Source: Chrysemys picta bellii
Taxonomy: Eukaryota
DNA length: 64,000 nt
Direction: 5' to 3'
Assembly (NCBI RefSeq): GCF_011386835.1
Contig: NC_088800.1
Location: 620,001 to 684,000 of the forward strand
A program made the translations under genes and the position numbers. Below are positions 1 through 24,503 of the stretch, piece by piece. Under the pieces are notes generated by a model, which saw only the letters and a list, made by a program, of their open reading frames with translations, ran no database searches and was not told where the DNA came from. Each line of letters opens with the position of its first letter. Position 1 is the first letter of the stretch.

Positions 1-186
1 AGGCATGTGGAGAAACAACCATCCACCTCTAGCTTGGAGCCTCAAAGTGCCCATTTCCTGGCCTTTATCTCTACCCTGACCACCGTCCCCATGGCACTTA
101 CCCCACCCCTCATTAGGCAACAACAATTCAGATTTCATCCACTAAATTGGACTTTATATACAGGTGGGAAGCACTGACCAGTAGAA

Positions 187-889
187 CAGAGGTGGGCAAA
201 CTATGGCCCGCGGGACTGTCCTGCCCGGCCCCCAAGTTCCTGGCCCGGGAGGCTGTCCCCCCCCTCCCCCCCGCAGCCTCAGCTCTCTCCGCCGCCAGCG
301 CAATGCTCTGGGCGGTGGGGCTGTGAGCTCCTGGGGCAGCAGAGCCCGGCCTGACCCGGTCTCTGTGCTGCGTGGTGGAGGCGGCGGTGGCATGGCCTGG
401 CTCCAGCCAGGTGGTGCGGCTGTAGCACCACCAGCCACCGGTGCTCCAGGCAGCACGGTAAGGGGGCAGGGAGTGGGAGGGTTGGATAGAGGTCTGGGGA
501 GTTTGGGGTGGTGGTCAGGGGTGTGGATAGGGGTCGGGGCGTTCGGGGGGAAACGGGGTTGAATGGGGGCTGGGGGGGAGTCAGGAAGAAGGGGTGGTTG
601 GATGGGGCAGGGGTCCCGGGGGGCAGCCAGGAAGGAGGGGGGTTGGATGGGGTGGCAGGGGTCCGGGGGCGGTTAGGGGACAGGGAGCGGGGGTGTGTGG
701 ATGGGGCAGGGGTCCCGGGGGGGGGGCCATCAGGGAACGGGAGGGTTGGATGGGGTAGGAGTCCTGGGGGGGTGGGGAGTGGAAGATAGGAGGTGGGGGC
801 CAGGCCATGACTCCCTCCCCTAACCGGCCCTCCACACAATTTACAAAACCCGATGCGGCCCTCAGGCCAAAAAGGTTTGTCTGCCGCTG
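187..889. mobile_element. Non-autonomous hAT-type DNA transposon
   Basis: Imperfect TIRs CAGAGGTGGGCAAAC / GTTTGTCTGCCGCTG. 8-bp TSD CAGTAGAA (179-186) vs CACTAGAA (890-897). G-rich interior explains the local ORFs. Confidence 0.8.
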
Positions 890-1102
890 CACTAGAACCA
901 CAGAATACAGAGATGGAAAAGATTTATCCAGCCCCCTGCCGGTCAACTCTCCGCTTTGTCCAGTCCCAAGCTACTGGGATTCCATCACTTCTCTTGCAGC
1001 TGATTCTGCCTATCACACTTAGGGTCTATTTTTTCCTTCTCTTCATACCAGCCCCCCTGACTCGCCCAATGGCAGAGTCAGTCCTGATTTGTCAAAGGAT
1101 AC

Positions 1103-2312
1103 TGTTCAGGACCCAGGATGCCCACATGGTCAGGGGAGGCCAGCGGCTGCAGCGCACTTGGATGCGGTTGCGTAGGCGTTTCTCTGGGGTGATGATGGTG
1201 TTCCTGACCGGGGTTATGTTGAAATAAACCAGCTGGTGATGGTCTGTGAGCATCAGCTTCCTCTGCTTCTGGGGGTCTGTAGGGAACAGTGACACAAAAC
1301 TCCTCCCAGGCCGTTCCTGGAGGACATGCAGGGAGGAAGAGGAGCCAGAGAGTCCAGCACAGCTAGACCTGTCCCCAGCAGGAGAGAGTTCCAGCCAGTA
1401 AGGAGAGGGGGTGAAAATGCCTGTCCCCTGCCTGCACTGCTGCGTGATACCCCTGGGGGAGCTGCATGGGTGCAGAAAAGCACATTTTGGCCCAGATCCT
1501 CAAAGGTATTTAGGCTTCTAACGTCCATCCATTTCGAGGATCTGGCCTTTCCTGCCTCAGTTGTGGAGAATAAATACAGGTAAGAGAGCAGCTTAGACAA
1601 CTCACCCAAACCCCAGTATAGAGCCACGGCCCCGCTGCAGCCCCAGCCATGTCACAGCCATTTGCAGCTAGGATGTGGAGGGAAGCCAATCAGGCTGGCA
1701 CCTCCAGGAACCCACCACCTTGCCCACACCTCCTCCGGAGTCAATGCTAGCTTCATGTCAGCAACCCTGCCCCTGGGGAGAGAAACACCCGCAGTGTGGG
1801 CACTTGTCAAACCCTAGGAGAGAGATGGGCTCACCACCCTCAGTGCCAGAGCTCTCTCCAGTGACCTCAGCACGGAGAAACTCGGCAGGCCTGTCCAGCA
1901 GAGCGAGAAGCATAGGGCATATTGCTGGGGGGTGGGGGTCCCTGCATGTGGTTTGTGGGGAGAGAGGAGCACTCAAGGTGAGATGCTGAGAGGTGTCTGA
2001 GCTCCTCAGTCATTCCACCCCCTCACAGGACCCCAGCTGTTGGCATAGTGAGAGTGGTTTGTTACCAAGGAAATCCTTGATATTGTGCCGTGGGATGGCA
2101 TGGCTCAGTCCCTGAAGGTGGTCAATCAAGTAGAAGGTGTAGATCAGCTTGGAGCGAATGGCGTCAGCTCGGGGAAGCAGTGTAAATGGGGAGCTGACTT
2201 TGGTTTGGGAACCATCCTCTGGGCTCTGAAAAGAGAAAGAGAAAGCAGCAGCGTGGAGCCAGTCTGAAACGGAGACCCCCCCCCCAAAGAGAGCTCTTAC
2301 CTGGGGATTCAT
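1103..2312 (-). CDS. CATSPER2: Cation channel sperm-associated protein 2, 5' partial (continues beyond window start). Coding exons 2312-2301, 2225-2066, 1276-1103
   Basis: Spliced translation MNPQ|SPEDG...LLPRADAIRSKLIYTFYLIDHLQGLSHAIPRHNIKDFL|DPQKQRKLMLTDHHQLVYF...RCSRWPPLTMWASWVLN matches the recalled CATSPER2 N-terminus (LPRADAIRSRLIDTFSLIEHLQGLS). All introns GT-AG and phase-consistent. Head-to-head with PDIA3 as in human. The start codon is the least certain part. Confidence 0.9.
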
Positions 2313-2452
2313 GAGTCCAGCTTGGCTTCTCCTTCTTGTTCCCTGCGGGGCTCAGAAGGTTCTTTGCTGTATCATCACAGAACTCTGCAGTGACCTCACA
2401 GTCTGGACTAAAGGAAGGGGACACGGCTGGCAGGTGCTCAGTGGAACAAGAG

Positions 2453-2849
2453 CGGCTTGGCAGAAGTTGATTTCTTTTTTAACAGTTTTGATGGATAGGG
2501 TCAATATTAAAAAAATTTTTTTTTACTTTCATCTATTTAAAGTTTCACAGTTGTGGGAAGTCGAGGGGGTCAAACAATTGTTGTTTGATGACAGTAGTCC
2601 CCAATATTCAAAACGTTAAAACGTTATAGCGATCAAAGCACAAACTGTCAGCATCACATGTCAGAACATACAGAGTAAACATCTTTCAAGCTGACTCTGA
2701 AGTTCCCAAGCAGCATTTGTCTTACTTTGCCTATCTGTAAATTTCTGTTATCACGACTGGAAATATTTGTTCACCGATTTGTCTGTGTGTGGTGACATCG
2801 ATGTTTGCCAACATTTACTGATAACAAAAATTGAATCCTTCCAAGCCTG
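2453..2849. mobile_element. AT-rich DNA transposon/MITE remnant
   Basis: Inverted termini GGCTTGGCAG ... CTTCCAAGCC. No clear TSD. Confidence 0.45.
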
Positions 2850-3374
2850 AGCATGTGCTCCTGAAATCAGAGGCAGTCTGGCCATCTAAAAGCTTCTGCT
2901 GTGCTCTGGCAGTCTTCAGAGAAAACGTCACTCTGAGGGATAGGGGGGAAATGTCCTGTGGGCAAAGGCTCCAAGCAGAGTTCTGTTTCTCTGTCTGACT
3001 TGGGTCCTGGACTCTGTTAACGTCTTTTACGTGTGAATTCATCTGTGATCAAATGCACTGATGACACAAGGACAGAACTTCACAGTGGCCCAGGTGGATC
3101 AGAGCAGTCAGAGCTGTAACCACTAATAATTGTAAAATCCAGAATCTGGAAGAGAAAATAAAACATTCCAGACACACCCAGTGCATTAGAGTGTGTCAAG
3201 GTGCACAAACCCCCTACTGGAGCAAGGAAGGAAGGGGTTAATGATCGGACCTGGACAGAGTGGCTGAAGCTGGCCTTGCCACACCTGTGGGAAACACCAA
3301 GCCTGGGGGAGTGGGAGGAAATCAAAAGGAGGAAGTAGGCCCAGAGCTGGGCGGTCCAGATAGAGATCCTAGGC

Positions 3375-3700
3375 CAGGGGTGGCCAACCTGCTCCGGAGC
3401 CACATGCGGCTCTTCAGAAGTTAGCATGTGGCTCCTTGTACAGGCACCAACTCCGGGGCTGGAGCTACAGGCACCAACTTCCCAATGTGCTGGGGGTGCT
3501 CACTGCTCAGCCCCTGGTTTTGCCACAGGCCCTGCCCCCACTCCACCCTTTCCCGCCCCCTCCCCTGAGCCTGCCATGCCCTCACTCCTCCCCCTGGAGT
3601 CTCTTGCACAGCATGAAACAGCTGATCAGGAGGTGCAGGGAGGGAGGGGAAGGCGCTGATTGGCAGGGCTGCCAGTGGGTGGAAGGTGCTGGGACCCTAC
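3375..3700. mobile_element. Truncated hAT-type element
   Basis: Begins CAGGGGTGGCCAACCT after TCCTAGGC, similar to the terminus at 187. Right end not defined. Confidence 0.5.
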
Positions 3701-4170
3701 TCAGCTTGTCTGGACTAGGCCTTTCCTCATCCTGCACAAAGCTTTTTCATGGACCCGGGTGCTACTGTTGCAATAGGGAAGGTGCAGGAGGGTGCAGTGG
3801 GGAGCATCCAAGAAGGTCTCAGCTAAAGAAGATACAGGCAGATAAAGAAGCAACCTTCAGTTTGAAAGTGTTTGAAGAACCAGTGCCCAGGTACACGCTC
3901 CAGCATCTCAGGTTATGCTTGAACCACCAGTTGTGGCTCTCTGGGACTCAAGTCTGCACCAAGAAGTGCAGTAAGTGCTGCTTGTGAATCACGAGGGCTG
4001 CTTTTCCCTTCCAGTCACTCCTGAGCAGGAAGGGAGCTGTGAAGGAACTGCCATCCTGCTGCTTCACAAAACAAGTTGTCATGGTTACCGGGCCAGTTGT
4101 ACCTCTGTCTCTTTTCTGATCTTGGCGCACCCCTTAAGGCCTCCTGCCTTTACCTCTCCTCAGAGTGCCC

Positions 4171-5063
4171 TGTCACTGATCCCCAGGATCAGTGCTACGG
4201 CCCCAGCTCTGGAACAGTCTCTGGGAGGACCCCTTCAGTGAGCCAGACCCCCTGAGGGTCTCACTCTTCCTCCAGGGCAAGCCATGCAGCATCACCACCT
4301 CCTTAGGCTGCATCTCTGGCCCTTCATAGAACATCAGGGTTGGAAGGGACCTCAGGAGGTATCTAGTCCAACCCCCTGCTCAAAGCAGGACCAATCCCCA
4401 GACAGATTTTTGCCCCAGATCCCTAAATGGCCCCCTCAAGGATTGAACTCACAACCCTGGGTTTAGCAGGCCAATGCTCAAACCAATGAGCTATCCCTTC
4501 CCCCCACTCTGCTTCCCACCATGAGCTCCAGTCAGCGAGTCCCGTGAAGGCAGACCCCTGAGGGAGACTTGTACTATCTTAGGGAGCAATGCAGCCCCAC
4601 CAGCATCTGCAGGGGCACTCACACAGTGCTTAGAAACAGTCGGGTTTATTATCAATTGGAACACAGCATAGGAAGGCCTTGGTTAGCACAGAGAAAAGAA
4701 AGTTACAGCATGGTCCATTATGGTTAGCCCAGAGCCCCGGCCAAGCAGTGTGACCCCCTTGGCTCCAGCTCTGTCCCTCTCTCCTCTTTGTTCAAGTTCC
4801 TGGTGCCAGTCCCACCTGGCCTCTCCTCAGTCCTTTGTTCCCCGGCTGGTCAAACACAGGTAGCAAATGTCCCAGAGATTGGATTTGCCATTGTGTTCAC
4901 AGACTCTCCATTGACCTGGGTCCCAAACTCGAAAAAGCTAGGCATCAATCATGCCTGCATCTCTGGGCCTCTCTAGAGAAAACAGCTCTTTTCCACCCCA
5001 AGGTGACAATACAGCATATAGAGGAAACTGAGGCACATACAGTAAAGTTTCCACTTCATCACA
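4171..5063 (-). mobile_element. Solo LTR with nested SINE
   Basis: TG...CA termini, AATAAA on the minus strand, and long colinear similarity to the opposite-orientation copy at about 29480-30235. Confidence 0.7.
4324..4498 (-). mobile_element. Tortoise-type PolIII tRNA-derived SINE with CR1 3' tail
   Basis: Minus strand reads GGGATAGCTCATTGGTTTGAGCATTGGCCTGCTAAACCCAGGGTTGTGAGTTCAATCC (A/B boxes) then the CR1-like tail GAGGTCCCTTCCAACCCTGATGTTCTATGA. Related copy at 35778. Confidence 0.85.
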
Positions 5064-5382
5064 CCCTCACTCTTTCATGGGATACTGAAGGCCAGGGCCT
5101 AATCTATCAATTGTGCTTGCCTAAGAGGTCTGACTGGGTTCAGCAGCTGCCATTCTTCCCATCAAGAATCTGCAACCAGTGGTGAACGTAATGACTAGAC
5201 AGCCTTCTTAAAACCCAAATGATTGTTTCCTTTGCAGTAAGAACAATGCATCAAAGGATTAAAAACAGTCTACACACATCTATCTTACCTAATGCACACC
5301 AGCTCCTGGCAGTAACCAGGCAGGCCTACCTTCTTCTGACACCCCCAGTGGGTGCTTGCATCTTAGTCTGGTTCCTCATAAT

Positions 5383-5774
5383 CAGTGGTTCTCAACCAGA
5401 GAGATGCCGAGGTGTTCCACGGGGTACATCAACTCATCTAGATATTTGCCTAGTTTTACAACACGCTATATAAAAAGCACTGGTAAAGTCAATACAAACT
5501 AAAATTTCATCCAGACAATGAGTTGTTTATACTGCTCTATACACTATACACTGAAATGCAAGTACAATATTTATATTCCAAATAATTTATGTTATAATTA
5601 TATGGTAAAAATGAGAGAGTCAGCAATTTTTCAGTAATGGTGTGCTGTGACACTTGTATTTTTATGTCTGATTTTGTACGCAAGTAGTTTTTAAGTGAAA
5701 TGAAACTTGGGGTACACAAGACAAATCAGACTCCTAAATGGGGTACAGTAGTTTGGAAAGGTTGAGAGCCACTG
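5383..5774. mobile_element. hAT-type MITE
   Basis: TIRs CAGTGGTTCTCAACC / GGTTGAGAGCCACTG. Degenerate 8-bp TSD CTCATAAT / CTCAAAAC. Second copy at about 12550-12913. Confidence 0.85.
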
Positions 5775-6052
5775 CTCAAAACAACTTCCCCTCTCAATGT
5801 TCATCTTTAAACTACTGTTGGCCTTTTGATCTTGCTAGTTCCTGTACTTTGGCCCTCCTGGTCAAAACCAGTTTCATAACTTGGCTGGAGCAAGGAGGTG
5901 GAATCTTCTGAGCTTAATAGTTTGGACAGTCTTTCTTAACAACCCTGAAGTGTTTACCAAGGGGTGGGGCTTATCTTGACCATTTGTTTCCCTTCCTCTT
6001 TGTTTTTCCTGACAGCCCTCTATTAAACTAAACAAACATATTCATGCAGTAC

Positions 6053-6744
6053 ATATTCCACTAACCATATGATAATGCGACTATATAAATCCATGGTATG
6101 CCCACACTTTGAATACTGAGTGCAGATCTGGTCACCCCATCTCAAAAAAGATATACTGGAATTAGAAAAGGCACAGAAAAGGGCAACAAAAATTATTAAG
6201 GGTATGGAACAGCTTTCAGATGAGGAGAGATTAAAAAGACAGGGGCTTTTCAGCTTGAAAAAGAGACAAGTGGGAATATGATAGAGGTCTATAAAATCAC
6301 GACTTGTATGGAGAAAGTGAATAAGGAAGTGTTATTTACCCCTGCACATAACACACAAATCAGGGGTCACCCAATGAAATTAATAGGCAGCAGATTTAAA
6401 ACAAACAAAAGTACTTCACACAATGCACAGTCAACCTGTGGAACTCATTGCCAGAGGACCTTGTGAAGGCCAAAACTATAATGGGGTTCAAAAAATAACT
6501 AGATAAGTTCATGGAGGATAGGTTCATCAATGGCTATTAGCCAATATGGCCAGGGATGCAACCCCATGCTCCGACTCTTCCTAGCCTCTATCAGAAGTTG
6601 GAAGTGGACAACAGGGAATGGATCACTTGATCATTGCATGCTCTGTTCATTCCCTCTGAAGCATGTGGCATTGGCTACAGTTGGAAGATAGGATCCCGGG
6701 CTAGATGGACCATTGGTCTGACCCATATAACTGTTATGTTCTTA
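6053..6744 (+). mobile_element. CR1 LINE 3' fragment (decayed ORF2 end and 3' UTR)
   Basis: Typical CR1 ORF2 C-terminal sequence (CAGATCTGGTCACCCCATCTCAAAAAAGATATA...GAGGTCTATAAAATC) ending GATGGACCATTGGTCTGACCC. Confidence 0.85.
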
Positions 6745-6749
6745 ACCAG

Positions 6750-6930
6750 ATTGTATGCAGTGTTACTGTAGCCATGTCGGTCCCAGGATATTAGAGTGAC
6801 AGGGTGGGTGAGGTAATATCTTTTATGGGACCAACTTCTGTTGGGGAAAGAGACAAACTTTTGAGCTACACAGAGCTCTTCTTCAGGCCTAGCAAGAGAA
6901 GACATTATCGCACCCATCTTGTCTCACTAC
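6750..6930 (-). mobile_element. Penelope-like remnant with degenerate hammerhead motif
   Basis: Minus strand 6890-6851 reads AGGC CTGAAGA A GAGC-loop-GCTC AAAA GTTT GTCT. Internal inverted arms at about 6791-6820 and 6899-6929. Confidence 0.5.
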
Positions 6931-7989
6931 CCAGAGTAACAACGTTTTCATACAGAGCAGCTCCAGTGCCGTTATGCAGATCCTGACTGCTTGTGCTCAT
7001 CTTTATTTCCAGTGTCCTAGCCAAATGCCACCTCTGTCGTTACAGGCGGTCTCCAAAACTTCCTCTGAAGCTTCCATTTAGCTATGGGAATCTCTGGCCC
7101 TTCTTACCCTAATTTGGGGTGTGGGATGGCTATGTGCTCAGGGGGCTGGAACAATTGTTATCGTGCGGGTGCTGCGGACAAAAGCCATGTCTTTGGTGTG
7201 TGTTATTACTGCTTCCAGCCGGGGGTGGGACAGCTCCAGCCTATGTGCTGCTGCGGTTCACCCCAGACAGCTGCGTGGCGGAGACGGTTCGTGTTGCTGG
7301 GGAAAGGCTCCACGAGCAGGACTGGGCTGGAGACCAGGACAGGTGAAAGCTGCCAGGCTCCTGAACCCTCCTCCGGCCTGAGGCAGAGTCAGACCTGCCC
7401 TGGTCGGTGGACCCAGCTCTGCTCACAGGTGCCGGGCTGGAGTCCGGCCTGCCGGGCTGAACGGAGCAGCAGGCCTGGCTCGTTCCCCGCAATGAACTCC
7501 GGGGCCGAGCCGAGCGCAGCGTCCCCCCCGCGGAGCGAGCGCCCTGCCCAGGCGCGGGGCCGCCCGGGGAGCCGCTGAATTGGCCGAGGCGGTTGGGGCT
7601 GTAAAATCCTGGGCCTGTCCCCCCCGGGCCCGCCTCCCAGCGGTTGCCATGGCTGCCAGCTCCCCGAGGGGCACGCGCCTGCTCCAGGCCCAGCCCGCCG
7701 AGTGCGGGGGGCGGGGCCGCCGCTCAGAGCCCGCCCCCGCCCTGAAGCAAACACCGCGGGGGCGCGAGGGAGGCAGCGATCCAGCCCATTTATTGGGCAC
7801 GGGCTATGAGGTCCCTAGGCCCCGCCCACCCTCCGTGACGCGCCACGCGGGCGCCAATGGGGAGCTGCCACACTACAGATCCGGTTCGGGGGCGGGACTT
7901 CCGGCTCTATAGCCGCTCGAGTCGAGTCCAGCCGCCGCCGCGGAGGAAGCGAAGCAGGAACCGCCCGGCCCGACTCGCCGCTTCCCGCC

Positions 7990-21209
<13,220 letters not shown>

Positions 21210-21492
21210 AGCACCTAACCACCCAGCTCACCAGTGTGTCTGAGGAGGAATTGTGCGGGCATTGGGGAAGCCCTGGGGCCAGCTGCGGGAGTGAAGAAAC
21301 TGTGCCCAATGCAATGTGGGCTGAAGGGACCCAACTGCTGTACCTAGCTGTGTTTAATTTCCTGACGTCTCTTTGCTGCATTCTTCTGGGGCTGCCCCAG
21401 ACGTGGGTGATGTTTGAGGGGTGGGGAAGGGGGGTGGGGCAGGGGGAGACGTGTTATTTTCTAATTTTTTTGTACATTTGGAGAAGTGAGAC

Positions 21493-21498
21493 AATAAA
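21493..21498 (+). terminator. PDIA3 polyadenylation signal
   Basis: AATAAA about 285 nt after the stop, preceded by a U-rich TTTTTTGTACATTTGG tract. Confidence 0.75.
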
Positions 21499-24400
21499 AC
21501 GGACCCCTTTAAAACCACACCTCTGTGCCCAGTGCTGCCAGCGGCGGCTGCTGAGTCCTGTGTACATGGTGCGAGCTGGGAGCCCATGGAGTGCTGCCCT
21601 GCTCCAGCTGGGAGAATGCATAGGGAACAAATCCCATCTGCCCTCGCACTCCAGCCTGTGGTCCATGAGCTGCTTCCCCTACAAGAGGCTGATGGGGGGG
21701 ACTGGCCACTACCATGCTTCTATGGAACTTGGCCTAGGAGGGGGCCTGTGCTGCTGTGGGGGTGCAGGAGGAGGTGCAAAGATGACCCCTTCACCCCATT
21801 GTGTACAGAACACAGGCTCTGCGGCAGGGCACAGCTGCCATTGTGAATGCCCCAGACACCAGTGGTGAAGTGGCAAGAAGCCTGCCTGAGGCCCATGCCT
21901 GGTCTGCTAGAGCCCAGGGCTGCAGGCTCTGGGCACCCTGCCATGGAGCAGCATGGGACCTGGTAGATTCTGCACTAACTACCTAGCCATGGGCTGTGCC
22001 TGGTGTTCCTACAGTGGCCTCCAGGGCCCGAGTCTGGGCTTTGCATGGGAGCAGCTCAAAGGTAGGCTGGTCATTCTGAGTGCTTCAAGCTGTGCTGAAC
22101 ATGGAGTGGGTTCACTTGGTGCTGGGCCTGGCAGCACCTCTCCCTGGCATGGAGCCAGAGCTGTGGTAATGGTGTGAGCAAACCCTGCAGTGCCACAAGA
22201 GGCTAGGACCAGATGTGAAAGCATCCCCCAGTCAGATAGAAGGGCAGGGCACTGCTTGGTGCTCAGCTCCCTTGTTAAGAGGGCCTGGTGGGCAGGCCAG
22301 AGCTGTGATTGCAACTACCCCAGCCTCTAGGTGCCTCTTACTTCTCACTCAAGGGCCTCCTCAATACAGCTGGGGAGGAGTAGCCTCCCCAGGGCTCCTA
22401 ACCCTGCAGCTAGTGACCTAGCCTCTGCCTGTAGCCCTCTGTCCTGTCTCCGGCTGGCTGGCTGCTCCAAGCCTACATCCCTTCGAAGGTTTTGTGTAGA
22501 GGAGTTTGATTTGCTAGGAACAGCTGGCCTGCTGTAATATGGACTGCTGTATTTACCTTGGTGCAGGTAGGAGGGTGTTCAGGCCCCCTTAAATTGTAGG
22601 AGGGAGATGAGTGGCTTCCTAGTCGTGGAGGCAGAGAGCTGCAGTGGAGGGTTGGTAAATCTGTGAGTACTGCTGTCTTCTGGCTCAGTGCTCAAAGCGC
22701 TCCAGCAGGGCTTCCCCTACCCTCTGACTTGTGTTTTACAAAACACCATGGGTGGGTATCTACACCTTTATTTGTGGGGCACACTCTAGATCCAGGAGCT
22801 TGCACAACAGCATTTACAAGGTCTCCACACTGGCTTTGCTGTACCAAGGCCCATTTACTCTTGTACCAAAGCTTCTCCTCCAGCCCAGCACCAGTGTAGG
22901 TCTAAACTACTGCTGGGAAAGCACCTGCTACCCTGTCGACTATGGGCTAGGGCAGGCAGTTTTGATTGAGCATTTCCCTCTAGGCCCTTGCTGTAGCCCC
23001 CCTAGCAGAGACTGAACCACAGCCCTGTCTACAAGTAGGCACCTGTCCCCCCACAACTGGGACTAGGAGGGGGAATTAGTTGTTGTGGAGAACAGGCAGT
23101 AAGTTAGGGGCTGGTGATCCTTGGGGGGGCTAATGCCTATCAGCTGTGAACAGCTGTTCCCCACCTAGCCCCTGGTCATGCCATGCCTGTAGAGCATTCA
23201 CATGAACATGGTGATTTGCTCAAGCTAGGCACATCCTTCAGCTAACCCACCCTGGCCCTTCCCGGGTAGAGGGGCAGTTTGGCTGCTAAGTGACTCACTA
23301 ATTATTGTATTACATCCAGCACCTCGTAACCCTCATCCCAGCCCCATGGTGCTGTACAAACACTTCCTCAGACAAAGCAGCAGAGCCTGTATGTGAGGGC
23401 TCTATCCCCCCCACCAAGGCCAGCTGGGAACAAAGGCAAAGTGATGGTAACTGCATCACTTACAGTCCCACAGCCAAGCCCTGCCCCATCAGTATCTCCT
23501 GCTGGGTTGGGTCAGGCAAGTTACTTTCAAAGCAGGAGGAGCTCAGGCAGGTGTTAGGAGAGGGCTGAAGGCCACAGCCACACATGGTACAATGAACTGT
23601 TTAACCCAGGGCCATAAACCAGGAACAACTCCCAGGGCCTCCACCTCACCTGCAGTGTAGCACAAAGGGACCTTAAGCAACCATTCCCATCTCACCCCCC
23701 TCCTTGCAGTTCCACCTAGTGATGTCAGTAGGTTCCAAGGACAACACGGATAGATAGTGGAGATACACCAACAATGGGGTGCACAGCCAAGGAAGGTGAG
23801 GCACTTCCCTGTCCCCTCAACTCCTGCTACCCTACACTGCTCAAGCAGGTGTCAGTCATTAAACCCCAGCACAGACTGACCCCTTTCCTCCTGTAGCCCC
23901 AGGGGCATGGTGCCCTTAGCTCTAGCAATTGAAACAGTCCCTGCTGGGCAAGTCTCTACCATGCTCTCGGCTCCTAGGGGGGAGAGAGCCAGTGAAGGAA
24001 GGTGGCAGGTCCCACTTGATGGCAAAAGCCACCTTCTCCAGCAGACAGCATAGGCTGCACCTCTCACAAGTTAGGCTGAGCACTGCATGGAGCTGGCCTG
24101 AGCTATGCTGGCTGACAAGCCTTAAGCCAGGGCTCCTGCCCAGGCAGAGCTCTGTGGTGCAGGCTGGCCCCCTGAGCAGGACACAGGCACCCATCCTAAC
24201 CTGGAGCTGCACCACTAGCCCCAGGTGCCCCTTAGGAGCTGGTACAGGTAAGACAGCAGCTCACTGGGGATAATTCACTAAGACCATCACCCACTCTCTC
24301 TACTTTGTGACAGCCACATGCTCTGTCCTGCCACCCTCCCCCACCCCCCCAACGCACCCCAGGGCAGTCAAATGACTGGGCTGGACACTAGGCTGGGGGT

Positions 24401-24503
24401 CTGCAACTACTGTACTACTACAGGAGAGTTCACTAACCCCCACCCCTTCCTCCCCTGCACTGAAGGGAAAGGAGAACGGGCAGGGGAAAGGCTGCAGGCT
24501 CCT

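Noticed and set aside
1-1100. Further CATSPER2 exons (first transmembrane segment)
   Set aside because: No matching peptide found. A donor-like site near 100 does not translate to CATSPER2-like sequence.
4324-4498. tRNA-like sequence with A/B boxes (also at 35778)
   Set aside because: It continues into a CR1-type tail and lacks a full cloverleaf, so it is a SINE and not a tRNA gene.
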